Below, piece by piece: positions 19,271 through 29,541 of a stretch of 64,000 nucleotides of DNA. The translations under genes and the position numbers were made by a program. This DNA is from Candidatus Binatia bacterium (lineage in GTDB: Bacteria; Desulfobacterota; Binatia; Bin18), in assembly GCA_963666315.2 (NCBI GenBank), contig CAXXHG010000015.1, positions 32,001 through 96,000 on the forward strand, written 5' to 3'. Numbering within the stretch: the first letter of the stretch is position 1; each line of letters begins with the position of its first letter. The notes under the pieces are model-generated. The model was not told where the DNA came from and searched no databases. It saw only the letters and a program-made list of their open reading frames with translations.

Positions 19271-20299
19271 CTAGGCGGCTCTTCGACATACCTCCAGGAT
19301 AAAGGCGTCGAACAATACCTGCGGCGGCGTACGACTGGATTTCAGGGCAATATCGAGGCGGGACGCTTGGTGCAGGACATGCCGGAGATCCGTATACGAA
19401 AACGAGCGGCTTTGTCCGACCAAGGCGCGCACCCGCGCGCCGCGGAGTCCAACTGCCCGTTCGATTTCACTGTCCGGAGCCCTGCGGTCACGTAGGTCTT
19501 TGATCTGCCATAGCCGTCGAAAATGACTCACCAAAGCGTGCAGGACGGGCAACGCGCGTTTTTCATCGCTCAATACCTGGCGTAACAAACCGAACGCGCG
19601 TTTCCCATTGCGCTGGCCAAGAGCATCGGCCAGATCAAACGCGGAGTGCTGGTGGAGATCCCCCGCGCATAGCCTGACCGCCTCGACACCTATTTCAGTT
19701 TCTGGGAAAACAAATGCTACAAGTTTGTCTATCTCGGTTGATAAGGCAAGCAGATCCGTACCGACGTGGTCGGCCAAATCGGAGGCTGCGGCTTCATTCA
19801 GACGTCCCCCCCGCTCGCGCGCAAAGCGCTGTGCCCAGCCAGGGATCTGGTTCACAAATGGAGGCCGGAATTCAGCAACAAAGCCATGTTTTGCACACAC
19901 AGAAAAGAATTTAAGGCTGAGATTTGCCCGTCCCTGCATACACACCACCAACGGCTGACTAGCATCTCGCAGCTCGGCTTCGGTAGCAAGCCGCTCGCGA
20001 TCGGCGGCTGTAAGCTGCCCCGCCCTTTTCAGGACGACGAGACTGTGTTTCGCAAAAAGCGACGGACTGCCCCACGCCTCCAGAAGGTGATCAAGCGTAT
20101 CGTCTCCAGCATAGAAGGTGTGGACAGCAACATCCTGTCCCGCTTGCCCCAAAGTTTTGTAAACACAGCCAACGGCCCGTTCGATGAAATAGGATGCATC
20201 TCCGTAAAAGAGGTACAGTGAGTACAGAGGGGCTTGCGCCAGGTGGGTAAAGATCTCATCAGGTCGGCGAAACGTCGTCCCTGTTCGCTTGGTCGCCAT
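19271..20299 (-). CDS. holA: DNA polymerase III subunit delta
   Basis: LYLFYGD, SPSLFA, EIDKL, FDLADAL and LDIALKS motifs; 342 aa. Confidence 0.92.
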   Translation of the reverse strand: MATKRTGTTFRRPDEIFTHLAQAPLYSLYLFYGDASYFIERAVGCVYKTLGQAGQDVAVHTFYAGDDTLDHLLEAWGSPSLFAKHSLVVLKRAGQLTAADRERLATEAELRDASQPLVVCMQGRANLSLKFFSVCAKHGFVAEFRPPFVNQIPGWAQRFARERGGRLNEAAASDLADHVGTDLLALSTEIDKLVAFVFPETEIGVEAVRLCAGDLHQHSAFDLADALGQRNGKRAFGLLRQVLSDEKRALPVLHALVSHFRRLWQIKDLRDRRAPDSEIERAVGLRGARVRALVGQSRSFSYTDLRHVLHQASRLDIALKSSRTPPQVLFDAFILEVCRRAA

Positions 20300-20419
20300 G
20301 GGCGTAGTCAGTAAGAAAAGGGCACTCTGTCTAACCGCGTATGTCTGCGCCTCATCGAAAAAAGGCAGACGTCCCCTCTGTGCGGCGCGCCTACGGAAGG
20401 CGGCTCACGCCTCACGAGT

Positions 20420-21307
20420 CTAGGATCTGATACTGACCTCGAGCTGGCGCGAGATCGGCTCAGTTGAAACAATGTGTCGCTGGAGTTCCATCTCTTTCTC
20501 GTCAAATCCGAAGGCCAAACCCAAGAGCTGGGGCAGATGAATAATGGGCATGCCAATCTGTGTATTTGCTTTCTTTTCGGCGTTCGGCTGGTTCGCGTCA
20601 AGATTGAGATGACACAGCGGACAGGGCGTGACCATACAATCGGCGCCCTTGTTCTTGGCGTCGCCAGTATGATCGCTTACCATCCGCATGGAATTGTCTT
20701 CGTTCACGGTCAGAATGGGAAACCCACAGCATTTGGACTTGCCGCTTGAATCTACGGGCTCAGCACCAATGAGTTCGATCAGATCCTCCAAATACGTTTT
20801 TCGGCCCAACAACCCTTTGGGGGCCATGATTGAGGTCGGACGGCGAATATAGCAGCCATAGAATGGGGCGACCTTGAGGCCGGTCAGTTTGCGCTTAATA
20901 TGGGGTTTCAGATTCTCCATTCCATAGTCTTCCATCAGCACCCACAAGAAATGCTTCACCTCCACCGTGCCTTTGTATTCGAGGCCCTCCTCCGCCAGAT
21001 ATTCTTTATTAATCTTCTCACGATACTCAGGCTCGTTTTTGAAGCGATGATTCGCCTGGGTAAAGATGCCCTGACAGGTACTGCAGATCGTCATGAGCGA
21101 GGAGAGGCCCATGGCCTCCACTTTAGCCAGCGTCCGCGCGTTAATGGGGTCAGACAGATCGCGGCTTAACACCCCCGCTCCAGTACAGCCCACATCGACA
21201 ACTTCCTGGATTTCGATTCCCAGTTTCTCCGTCACCTTGACAGAAGAGGAATACAGCTCGGGACACGCTCCACGCGACACACAGCCTGGATAAAATGCGT
21301 ACTTCAT
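20420..21307 (-). CDS. HdrB/SdhE-like CCG-domain subunit
   Basis: YAFYPGC, CSTC, FYGC, CCG, TPCPLC and HLPQLLGLA motifs. Confidence 0.93.
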   Translation of the reverse strand: MKYAFYPGCVSRGACPELYSSSVKVTEKLGIEIQEVVDVGCTGAGVLSRDLSDPINARTLAKVEAMGLSSLMTICSTCQGIFTQANHRFKNEPEYREKINKEYLAEEGLEYKGTVEVKHFLWVLMEDYGMENLKPHIKRKLTGLKVAPFYGCYIRRPTSIMAPKGLLGRKTYLEDLIELIGAEPVDSSGKSKCCGFPILTVNEDNSMRMVSDHTGDAKNKGADCMVTPCPLCHLNLDANQPNAEKKANTQIGMPIIHLPQLLGLAFGFDEKEMELQRHIVSTEPISRQLEVSIRS

Positions 21308-22278
21308 ACTTCTCTCCTCTGTGCTTTTTCTATGATTCGTCGAATGGCTTGGGTTCCCGGCCGCTTGGGGTGTAAATAGGGCAGCGGCGCTTTGCCCTTG
21401 GGGAGTGCTCTGAGGACGGTGGGTAAGAGCTTTGCGAGTCCGGCAATATTGGTCAGGCCTTCACTCTCAATCGCCAGTCGGCCTTCATCCAGCCAGCCGC
21501 TACGCTTGACCGAATTCACGAAGCTGTCGTAGTGCCGCTGGACTTTGGGATTTTTGGTTCCCGAGCGTATCCCGCGCCGAATCGCCTCGTCACGCACCTC
21601 AAACAGCCGGGTCGTGGGTTCGAGACCGAGCGGGCAATGCCCATTGGCCTCGAAGCAGTGCGTACAGTCCCACACGCCGCCCGGCTCGCTGACAAGCGTT
21701 AAACGCTCGTTGTGTTCGTGTTCCCCGTCACGTGGATCAAAGACCGCTCGGTACGCTTTTGTGAGGGCAGCCGGCCCAACAAATTTCTTGTCGATCTTAA
21801 TCACTACGCAGCCCTCGTCACATAGGCCGCACATGACGCAACTCATCGCTTTGCGGACTTCCAACAGCTTCTCCTCAGCGACTATGTACTCGCCGTCCGG
21901 CTCTGGTTCGCGTGGAGTAATCCAAGGCTTCACCGACTTAATTTTCTGCCACAGGAAGGTCTCCATGTCGTATACTAAATCTTTCAACACCGGGATGTTA
22001 CGGATCGGTTCGACCTTCACAACTCCGTCCTTGACTGTTTTGGCGATTTGTAACGTGCAGCCGAGTTTACCTTTTTTGTTTATACGCAGCGCGCAATCGC
22101 CGCACGATCCCCGGTCACACGACGCGCGAAATGCCAGGCTGGGGTCCAGCTCGTCACGAATATGCCGGAGCCCGTCCATCACCGTAGCAGAGTCCGGTAG
22201 ATCAACCGTATACGTCGCAAAGTCCGGCTTCCGTCCATTTTCAGGGTCGAAACGGTACACTTTAAATGTTGTTTCCAT
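21304..22278 (-). CDS. sdhB: Succinate dehydrogenase/fumarate reductase-type iron-sulfur subunit
   Basis: CDRGSCGDC, CVMCGLCDEGC and CTHCFEANGHCP cluster motifs. Confidence 0.9.
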   Translation of the reverse strand: METTFKVYRFDPENGRKPDFATYTVDLPDSATVMDGLRHIRDELDPSLAFRASCDRGSCGDCALRINKKGKLGCTLQIAKTVKDGVVKVEPIRNIPVLKDLVYDMETFLWQKIKSVKPWITPREPEPDGEYIVAEEKLLEVRKAMSCVMCGLCDEGCVVIKIDKKFVGPAALTKAYRAVFDPRDGEHEHNERLTLVSEPGGVWDCTHCFEANGHCPLGLEPTTRLFEVRDEAIRRGIRSGTKNPKVQRHYDSFVNSVKRSGWLDEGRLAIESEGLTNIAGLAKLLPTVLRALPKGKAPLPYLHPKRPGTQAIRRIIEKAQRREV

Positions 22279-22345
22279 CGGTCACCCTTCCATTCTGTGA
22301 TATTCCATTCTGGAACATCTCGCGGTCACGCCGACTGGCCGGTGT

Positions 22346-23968
22346 TTACCACGCACTGGTGTTTACCGGACAGGTCGCCAGGTCCGGTCCATCCGGCCCT
22401 GAGGTTACGAGTGAGTGCTGTTGCCACTCGGTATCGCTTCTTGTTGGAAAATCACTCCGCTGGTGGACGCCGCGGCTTTCCCTGCGCGCTTGGGCCGCCA
22501 CAACAACGGCTTGGGCAACATCGAGCAGCGAGCCCAACTCGTACCAAGTGAGCAATTCATGATTATACATCTTGCCATGATGTCGGAGTCCTACCTGCGT
22601 GTAACGGGTTTTGAGATCGGCTACACACTCGGCTGCGTCTTGTAATCCCGTCTCATCCCGCACGAGTCCGACCTTGTCTGCCATTTTGGCGGCCAGCTCA
22701 CGATAGATCTTGACGACGGTATCCTCACCGGACGGACGGGAAAAAACCACCGCCAGCTCCCGTTCGGTGTAATCCAGAACCGTATCAGCAATGCCACCGG
22801 CCGGAGCCGCTTGCACATAGGCAGCCGCTGCTGTTCCAGCCCGCCGTCCAAAGACAACCCCAGCGGTCAGCGCATTACCGGCCAGGGCATTCGCGCCATG
22901 CACCCCAGGCGAGGCACACTCACCCGCAGCAAAGACACCCGGGACTGCCGTTGCTCCACGCAGGTCGGTCTGGACTCCGCCTAATACACGATGCATACGC
23001 GGCTGGACAGGTAACGGCTCCTTGTCCAGGCTGATACCGGCGAGTTCGTTGGCCACCCTGGCTAAATAAAAAAATCGAGCACTGATCCGTTCTTTGCCGA
23101 GTGCACGAAAATCCAGGACCGTCCTAGCGCCGGAAGCGGCAAGCGAGCGGCATAACTCGTCTCGGGGCGGCAGGCCATTCATTGACACGACGGGCTGACC
23201 TGCCTCATCACATAAGACCGCCCCGTCTCCCAACGCCCCCTCAGAGGCAAAGGTCGCCCGGTCACGAAAGCCAAAAGGATGATATTGGACCATCTCCATA
23301 TCCATGAGGCTCAGCCCAGCCCTATAGGCCAGGCTCATCCCGTCGCCGCAGCACGACTGAGAAGCCGTACTGGAGTCATACAGGCGACCGGCACCGCCGG
23401 TCGCAAGCACAATCGCACGGGCGCTAAACCCCTCTAATTTTCCCGTTCCGAGTTCCAGTGCCAGCACGCCGCGGCAGACCCCGTCCTCTACAACCAGCGA
23501 GGTCGCGAGCCACTCCTCATGAGCCGGCACATCTTCTCGTATGAATTGCTCATACAGCGTATTGAGGACCGTATGTCCGGTAAGATCGGACGCAAATGCC
23601 GCTCGGGGGACCCCATTTCCCCCAAAGATGCGCCGATCGAGTTTGCCCTCCGCATCCCGGTTAAACGGTACCCCGATATGATCTAAATGAATCACGTCCT
23701 GTGGCGCTTCACGACACATCCACTCGACGGCGGCAGGATCGCACAGTCCTCCCCCGGCCTGCAGTGTATCCTGGGCGTGCTGTTGCCACGAGTCGTCCGG
23801 ACCGAACGCGGCATTCATCCCACCCGGCGACGTGGCGGAGTGGCTGCGCAGGGGGTGGGTCTTACTCAAGAGAGCGACCTGTGCTCCTGCCCTCTTGGCG
23901 GCAAGAGCCGCACCAAGCCCGGCTACTCCACCACCAACAATGAGGACATCGTATTCTGGCATAGGCAT
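22346..23968 (-). CDS. SdhA/FrdA-family flavoprotein with a divergent active site
   Basis: GGGVAG, RSHS, LATGG, QYHP, AAGEC and RRESRGVH motifs; HGANAL in place of HGANRL. Confidence 0.9.
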   Translation of the reverse strand: MPMPEYDVLIVGGGVAGLGAALAAKRAGAQVALLSKTHPLRSHSATSPGGMNAAFGPDDSWQQHAQDTLQAGGGLCDPAAVEWMCREAPQDVIHLDHIGVPFNRDAEGKLDRRIFGGNGVPRAAFASDLTGHTVLNTLYEQFIREDVPAHEEWLATSLVVEDGVCRGVLALELGTGKLEGFSARAIVLATGGAGRLYDSSTASQSCCGDGMSLAYRAGLSLMDMEMVQYHPFGFRDRATFASEGALGDGAVLCDEAGQPVVSMNGLPPRDELCRSLAASGARTVLDFRALGKERISARFFYLARVANELAGISLDKEPLPVQPRMHRVLGGVQTDLRGATAVPGVFAAGECASPGVHGANALAGNALTAGVVFGRRAGTAAAAYVQAAPAGGIADTVLDYTERELAVVFSRPSGEDTVVKIYRELAAKMADKVGLVRDETGLQDAAECVADLKTRYTQVGLRHHGKMYNHELLTWYELGSLLDVAQAVVVAAQARRESRGVHQRSDFPTRSDTEWQQHSLVTSGPDGPDLATCPVNTSAW

Positions 23969-24095
23969 TCCCTCACGCGGGACACTATACTGAAAGAGAG
24001 CCAGCGGAGCAAACCTGACTAAACGCTCGTGTCAGGCTTACTACATCATAGTGTGTCCCGTATGTGAACTTTCTACTCGTTTAGATTCAGCCACG

Positions 24096-24125
24096 AAAAA
24101 GGGCACCCGTATGAGGTGCCCTTTC
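24096..24125. terminator. Intrinsic terminator after the amidohydrolase gene
   Basis: AAAAAGGGCACC-loop-GGTGCCCTTT. Confidence 0.8.
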
Positions 24126-24133
24126 AGTGCGCG

Positions 24134-25855
24134 TTAGTCGCGTCCGTGGCGCAGCAAATGGCCTGGAGTCGCCCCCGTACAACTACCGTCCTCAAAGGTG
24201 ACTTCACCGTTGACCATGATCCAGCGATAGCCTTCAGCGTATTGCACCCGACGCCATTCACCAGCCGGGAAGTCATGAACGATCTTGGGTTTCTCTGGCG
24301 TGATTTTCAGATTTTCGAGGTCATACACAACGATATCAGCCGGTGCGCCTTCTTTGAGCAGGCCCCGATTCTGGAAGCCAGCACATCGGGCGGGTAAGGC
24401 ACTGAGACGATAGTGTGCTTCTTCTAAGCTCATGAAACCCGCATCGCGGACCATCCAGGTAATCAGGTCGGTGGGATAGGCGCCTATGGTGATGAACTTA
24501 GTGTGCGCGCCACCATCAGATACACCGGGCAGGCTGTACTCCGATGACATCAGCTCAGCGGCATGGTCCTCTCGAACGTTGCGAGCCGGCGTCTGGAACT
24601 CCGTCTTCAGATCATCTGCAATGGCGATATCCAACATCATCTCCATAGGATGCCGGTTCTCCATCTGAGCGCATTCTTCAACCGTCTTGCCCGTGTATTT
24701 TTCGAGTGCGGCATTTGCTACCGACTCAATCCTAAAGTCTTTGATCGAACCCGTCACAATCGGCGTGTGGCCGGAGTCGAATTCGGCGCATAGCGCCTGG
24801 CGCAGAGCAGGATTCTTAAACTTCTCCAGCCGCTCGGCCGGTGTGCCCATGGTGACCTCGCGCCAGACATCACTGCCGTCGAACAGATTCCATTCTTCGA
24901 AAGTGAAGAAGAAGCCTTGCCGCATGGTCGCCGTCTGGTTGTAAATTTTACGGCCCTTCTTATTGGTCTCTTCGATCCAACGCACGATGCGACGGTGCAG
25001 GCTCGGACGGTCGTCCCGAACGGCCGTGGCGTTGAAGAGTATGGGGCGCCCAGAGACTTCGGCCAATTTGTCGTAGAAGGCCATATCGGCCTTGAAATCT
25101 TCACTTGCTTGGGTCAATTGGATGAAGCCTTCTCCGCGTTTAGCCAAGACCTCGCCAAACGCCAACATATCTTCATCCGCCATCGTATCCGTCACCATGG
25201 GTGTGCCATCATAATCCCGTTGTACGGAAACAATGCCATTCCCAAGACGTTGGGCGGAGTAGCCACAGCCACCGGCATCCAGAGACTCTTCCAGGATACG
25301 ACACATTTCCGCCCGCTCGGCAGGCGTGGCCGGACGGCTCTTCGCATTTTCAAGGCCCATGACCCAAATCATGATCGGCGCAACGGGCACAAAGCTCAGC
25401 ATATTGAGCCCTTTGGGATGCTTCTCAAGAAAGTCTAACCATTCGGGAAAGGTCTCCCACTCCCACTTAATGCCGGCCTTCATCGACTCATACGGAATCG
25501 CCTCAACCCGCGACATGGTCAGCATGGCACGATCGCGGCTTTCAGGCGTAACCGGAGCAAAGCCAAATCCGCAGTTACCAATCACAACCGAGGTCACCCC
25601 ATGCCAGCCGGACAAGGTGCAATACGGATCCCAATTTAACTGGGCGTCGTAGTGGGTGTGAAGATCAATAAACCCTGGGGCAACGACGAGCCCGTTTGCA
25701 TCCAGCGTTTTCGTCGCATCGCTAGGCTTGAGTTGCCCATCACGGTCGATTTGCGCGATTTTTCCATCCTTGAGACCTACGTCCCCCACGAAGCGCGGGG
25801 TGCGTGTACCGTCAACAACTGTTCCACCCTTAATCAGGGTATCGAATTGAAGCAT
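24134..25855 (-). CDS. N-acyl-D-amino-acid deacylase-like amidohydrolase
   Basis: APGFIDLHTHYD, GNCG, SDGGAH and ADIVVYD motifs. Confidence 0.93.
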   Translation of the reverse strand: MLQFDTLIKGGTVVDGTRTPRFVGDVGLKDGKIAQIDRDGQLKPSDATKTLDANGLVVAPGFIDLHTHYDAQLNWDPYCTLSGWHGVTSVVIGNCGFGFAPVTPESRDRAMLTMSRVEAIPYESMKAGIKWEWETFPEWLDFLEKHPKGLNMLSFVPVAPIMIWVMGLENAKSRPATPAERAEMCRILEESLDAGGCGYSAQRLGNGIVSVQRDYDGTPMVTDTMADEDMLAFGEVLAKRGEGFIQLTQASEDFKADMAFYDKLAEVSGRPILFNATAVRDDRPSLHRRIVRWIEETNKKGRKIYNQTATMRQGFFFTFEEWNLFDGSDVWREVTMGTPAERLEKFKNPALRQALCAEFDSGHTPIVTGSIKDFRIESVANAALEKYTGKTVEECAQMENRHPMEMMLDIAIADDLKTEFQTPARNVREDHAAELMSSEYSLPGVSDGGAHTKFITIGAYPTDLITWMVRDAGFMSLEEAHYRLSALPARCAGFQNRGLLKEGAPADIVVYDLENLKITPEKPKIVHDFPAGEWRRVQYAEGYRWIMVNGEVTFEDGSCTGATPGHLLRHGRD

Positions 25856-25955
25856 GCCTTACCCTCCTTAAAGAATTGCAAAGATTGAACATTCGTTCAT
25901 TTAAGGACGAAGATTAACAACTAAAGTGAAAAGTGCCATACCGACCAAGGCGGTG

Positions 25956-26576
25956 TCAAGCCAAAACCCTGTGCGAATTTCTGCCCGAGCACTGGCTCAA
26001 CTGTGTCTCCGTTATAATATAGTCTAATAGCGCATCTTGCGTGTCGCTCGGCACCTGAGGAACAAGCTGAAAATCATAGGCTAGCCCGATACGAATCGCC
26101 CCGGCTAAAATCCCACCAAACGCGCGATCATAATATCCTCGTCCTCGGCCCAGACGATGGCCGAAGCGATCAAATCCAACACCTGGGGTCAGGACGATAT
26201 CCCGCTCGCCTACTCGCTCTAGTAAAGCGTTACCTGGCGGAATACCAATATCAAAAGTCCCTGGTGTGAGTTGGTCCTCAGCGTAGCGCCGCACAAACTC
26301 TAAGTCACGCTTATCCTGGGGGATTCGGGGGTAATAGACTACTTTTCCTTGATCTCTAGCTACCTGCCAAATACCGTCGGTTTCAATTTCGTTTTCATGC
26401 GGACTATATAAGACGACCGTCCGGGCTGACTGGAAAAAGTCGTGCGCACAGACCCCGCGACACACACGCTGACTCTTTTCGGCAACTTCGCTCGGCGCCA
26501 CATCGCACCGGCGCTGTAGAAGTAGCCTACGCAGGCGCTTTTTTTCCGTTTGCAATGTGGTTAATGCAGCAGGCAT
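25956..26576 (-). CDS. 5-formyltetrahydrofolate cyclo-ligase
   Basis: PGVGFDRFGHRLGRGRGYYDR motif. Confidence 0.95.
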   Translation of the reverse strand: MPAALTTLQTEKKRLRRLLLQRRCDVAPSEVAEKSQRVCRGVCAHDFFQSARTVVLYSPHENEIETDGIWQVARDQGKVVYYPRIPQDKRDLEFVRRYAEDQLTPGTFDIGIPPGNALLERVGERDIVLTPGVGFDRFGHRLGRGRGYYDRAFGGILAGAIRIGLAYDFQLVPQVPSDTQDALLDYIITETQLSQCSGRNSHRVLA

Positions 26577-26607
26577 TCCTGAGGAAAGTGGACTTTTGGA
26601 CGCCCTC

Positions 26608-27048
26608 TTAACCTCGTTCCGGGAGGGTAAACGTGGCTACACCCGTTATGATCTTTTCGCCCTTTTGATTTTCCTGCCAGATCTGACAATCGACCCGAGG
26701 CTCGCCGTTGTCATTATAGGTCCGTGTGACGACTCCGCCGCAGGTGAGCATATCGTCCGGAAAAACATTGGCGGCAAACCGCAGCTTAGTCTTCCGGATG
26801 TCCCAGGGACGATGCAGCCAATCTGTCAGAAAACGGTATAAAAAAGATTCGTTCAGGGGCCCTTGCTGTACTACGTCAGGCAGCCCGCGTTCGCGGGCGT
26901 AGACCCGATCAAGATGCAACGGATTTGTGTCGCGCAAGATAATAGCCACCGGAATATAGGCCAGACGATCCATAGGCCCGTACTGCGCCTGGGGTAGCGG
27001 CATACCCTCGTCCACGTCTTCAAAATACATTTTTGGGCGGGTGTCCAT
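26608..27048 (-). CDS. MaoC-like hotdog dehydratase
   Basis: DTNPLHLD...A...GLPDVVQQG motif. Confidence 0.9.
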   Translation of the reverse strand: MDTRPKMYFEDVDEGMPLPQAQYGPMDRLAYIPVAIILRDTNPLHLDRVYARERGLPDVVQQGPLNESFLYRFLTDWLHRPWDIRKTKLRFAANVFPDDMLTCGGVVTRTYNDNGEPRVDCQIWQENQKGEKIITGVATFTLPERG

Positions 27049-27059
27049 ACAGTCTGACC

Positions 27060-27563
27060 TTATTTAAAGAGGATATAGGATTGAGTTCCACGAAAGGCGA
27101 CAGTCTCAGCCTCATCCGTTGCAGTAACAGACACTTGGATCACGTCAAATGTCCGTTTTCCTTGCTTTTCATACACGTCTACGATCTCAGCACGGATGGT
27201 AAGCGTTTCCCCCACATACAACGGCCGCAGATATTCCAATTCCTGTTCACCGAACATCGCGGTCCCAGTCCGGTAGTTGAAAAAGAAATCCTTTTCCCAG
27301 TCAAACGACCGGAGTAGCACATTAACCGCTACAAACGGAGCAAACGACGGCGGAATGACACGCCGTTCATAGCCGGCGGCCCGGGAATCTTCGTGGCTTA
27401 GGAACGCGGGGTGTTCTTCACCGACAACGGGTAGATAATCTCGAATGTCGTCCTCCCGTATCGTGTAGACAACGGGCGAGAGGGCGCGACCGATCAAGGT
27501 GGTGCGGTCAGGGTGGGTTGGTACTTCTTTTAGTTCTTCTTTTGGTGTTTCCTGGTGATTCAT
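27060..27563 (-). CDS. MaoC-family dehydratase partner subunit (HadA-like hotdog)
   Basis: PPSF and GEQELEYLRPLYVGE motifs; paired with MaoC. Confidence 0.85.
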   Translation of the reverse strand: MNHQETPKEELKEVPTHPDRTTLIGRALSPVVYTIREDDIRDYLPVVGEEHPAFLSHEDSRAAGYERRVIPPSFAPFVAVNVLLRSFDWEKDFFFNYRTGTAMFGEQELEYLRPLYVGETLTIRAEIVDVYEKQGKRTFDVIQVSVTATDEAETVAFRGTQSYILFK

Positions 27564-27606
27564 AACTCATTCAATATAGAGGCCTTGGTATAACGACCCA
27601 GTAGAA

Positions 27607-28005
27607 TTATTTCCCGAATACCGAGGTCACCAGCTCAGTATCCAGATATTAGGTGACTTCCTGCACTTTGCCATTCGCCAGCCGGAAGACTTGGGCGTAG
27701 GTATTATTATAGGCTCGTCCGGATTTTGTGGCCGATTCGCCCCGGCCTTGCATGACCACGAAATCTCCCTCACCGATCAGGTTATCGACATGCATGACGA
27801 GTCCCCCCTCAAGCTGTGCTCCGAGCAGGACGAGGACTTTCTCAATAAACTCCTGTTTCCCGTTAAACACGCCGGAAAACTTGGTCGAGCCAATCAACGT
27901 AAAGCGTACGTCATCCGCCAGCGTACCCAAAAACGCTTCGGCATTTCCCTTAGACAGCTCGGCAAACATAGTACGGATAATTTCTTTGTTTTCTGCGGCA
28001 CCCAT
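27607..28005 (-). pseudogene. SnoaL/NTF2-like protein with a premature stop
   Basis: YNNTY...EVT*YLDTELVTSVFGK*; TAA at 27651-27649 replaces the expected Glu codon. Confidence 0.85.
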
Positions 28006-28099
28006 TTCGTTCCTCCATCATAGCGTTTGGGATTAGTGCGGACTGTAGTTCGAATAGCGCAGCAAAGTCAAGACGAATGTGAGCCCCGGAGAGGCCATT

Positions 28100-29380
28100 T
28101 TACCGGCCAGGAAACCGCTCACGCAGCCAGTCAACAATCACCTTCATCGTCTCGTCCCGGCCACCACGATTGGGATTTGCCTGCAGAGGAAAGCCAAAAT
28201 GATCGGCGTCAACATTCGCGATTTGTTTATCTTCGGCAGGCGATTGCTGGTAGACGGCTTCGGACTCCTGGGGATAAATCGCATGGTCTCCGGTGTGGTT
28301 CAGCACCAGAGTCGGGACAGTAATGTTGGCTAGATTCTCGAGTACGGCAGCCTTTGAGGATGGCCCCGACCACGTACTCAGCCACGCTCGCGGTGTCTGA
28401 TATTTGGCAAAACCAGCTTCAAGATAATTAAACAGGTCCGGGCGCGGGGACCACAGCGAGCCATAATCCCGAGACGAGGGATGAATCGAAGGGTCGGTAT
28501 AGGTCAAATTTGCCTCTGTGCGGTGGATCTCCATATAGCGGCCGACAAGAGCACGACGACTAATGAAGGCCTTTCGTTCAGGAGAGAGGGTGTCAAATTC
28601 CTGCTGGCGAACCAATTCCTGAAAATAGTGCTGCTCGTCAACATAGCGCTGGGCAATCGCATCAATGCGCACCACACGGGCGAGTTGGGCGGCCCGGTAG
28701 CGCGCAACAAACTCCTCATTATAGTTGCTGGGTTCCGGCGGTTCCCGAAAACCATTCGCCGGGTTATACATATCCAGGCTAGGATCACACGAGAGTGGAT
28801 CATCCTCAACGGTGACAGACGGGTCCAGGGCGCCCTCCAAGAACTTGCCCTCTCCGAGATGGGCTGCCAGAAAAACCATACCGTCCCCGGGCGGCAGCTG
28901 GAAACGATTCAAATCGTATGGGTCTCCAGCCGGCGTTACTGTCAGGCGTTCGGGCGGCGCGGTGACGGCTTGGGCCTGATAAAAGGAATAGAGTGAACCG
29001 CCGCCACTGTTGCCGATAAACACTACCTGCTGAAAGCCGCGTTCTTCTTTGAGATAGCGCATGCTAGCGGCAATATCGGTCAATAACATTTCGTGAATAC
29101 AGGCAATATCGTTGCTCGGCCAGCGACTTTCCTGACCAAAGGCGGCATAGCCGCCCTCCACTAGATACGGAATGGCATAATGACGACTCATATCCGCCCG
29201 CGGATGCATAAGGCAGACGACCGTCTTCTCTCCACCGCGCGTATACAGCACCCCTTTTGACTCGCCGCGGTCTTCGGCTGTGAACGGAATAACCTCACAG
29301 TTGGTATTTGCTGGTGCGGTTTCAAACGAGATCAAACTCAACCCGAGTGCCGAGTAGCGAGGAATTCGTGCCATGGCCAT
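28100..29380 (-). CDS. Alpha/beta hydrolase
   Basis: GNSGG nucleophile elbow, C-terminal GD and ADH. Confidence 0.85.
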   Translation of the reverse strand: MAMARIPRYSALGLSLISFETAPANTNCEVIPFTAEDRGESKGVLYTRGGEKTVVCLMHPRADMSRHYAIPYLVEGGYAAFGQESRWPSNDIACIHEMLLTDIAASMRYLKEERGFQQVVFIGNSGGGSLYSFYQAQAVTAPPERLTVTPAGDPYDLNRFQLPPGDGMVFLAAHLGEGKFLEGALDPSVTVEDDPLSCDPSLDMYNPANGFREPPEPSNYNEEFVARYRAAQLARVVRIDAIAQRYVDEQHYFQELVRQQEFDTLSPERKAFISRRALVGRYMEIHRTEANLTYTDPSIHPSSRDYGSLWSPRPDLFNYLEAGFAKYQTPRAWLSTWSGPSSKAAVLENLANITVPTLVLNHTGDHAIYPQESEAVYQQSPAEDKQIANVDADHFGFPLQANPNRGGRDETMKVIVDWLRERFPGR

Positions 29381-29541
29381 ACTACCGCCTCCTTAATCTG
29401 GCGCTGACAGAGACAACGCGAAAGAGATTGTCAAAATGTAAACATGCGGTCTGTGCTATCTTCGCTCTTGCACCATATTGCACCTGGTACATTTTCGCAG
29501 CAGTATAGGGGACGCAATGGGTTGAAGGAAGCGAGGGTATT

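Noticed and set aside
26577-26607. 6S RNA upstream of the 5-formyl-THF cyclo-ligase gene
   Set aside because: Only about 30 nt separate it from the MaoC gene, leaving no room.
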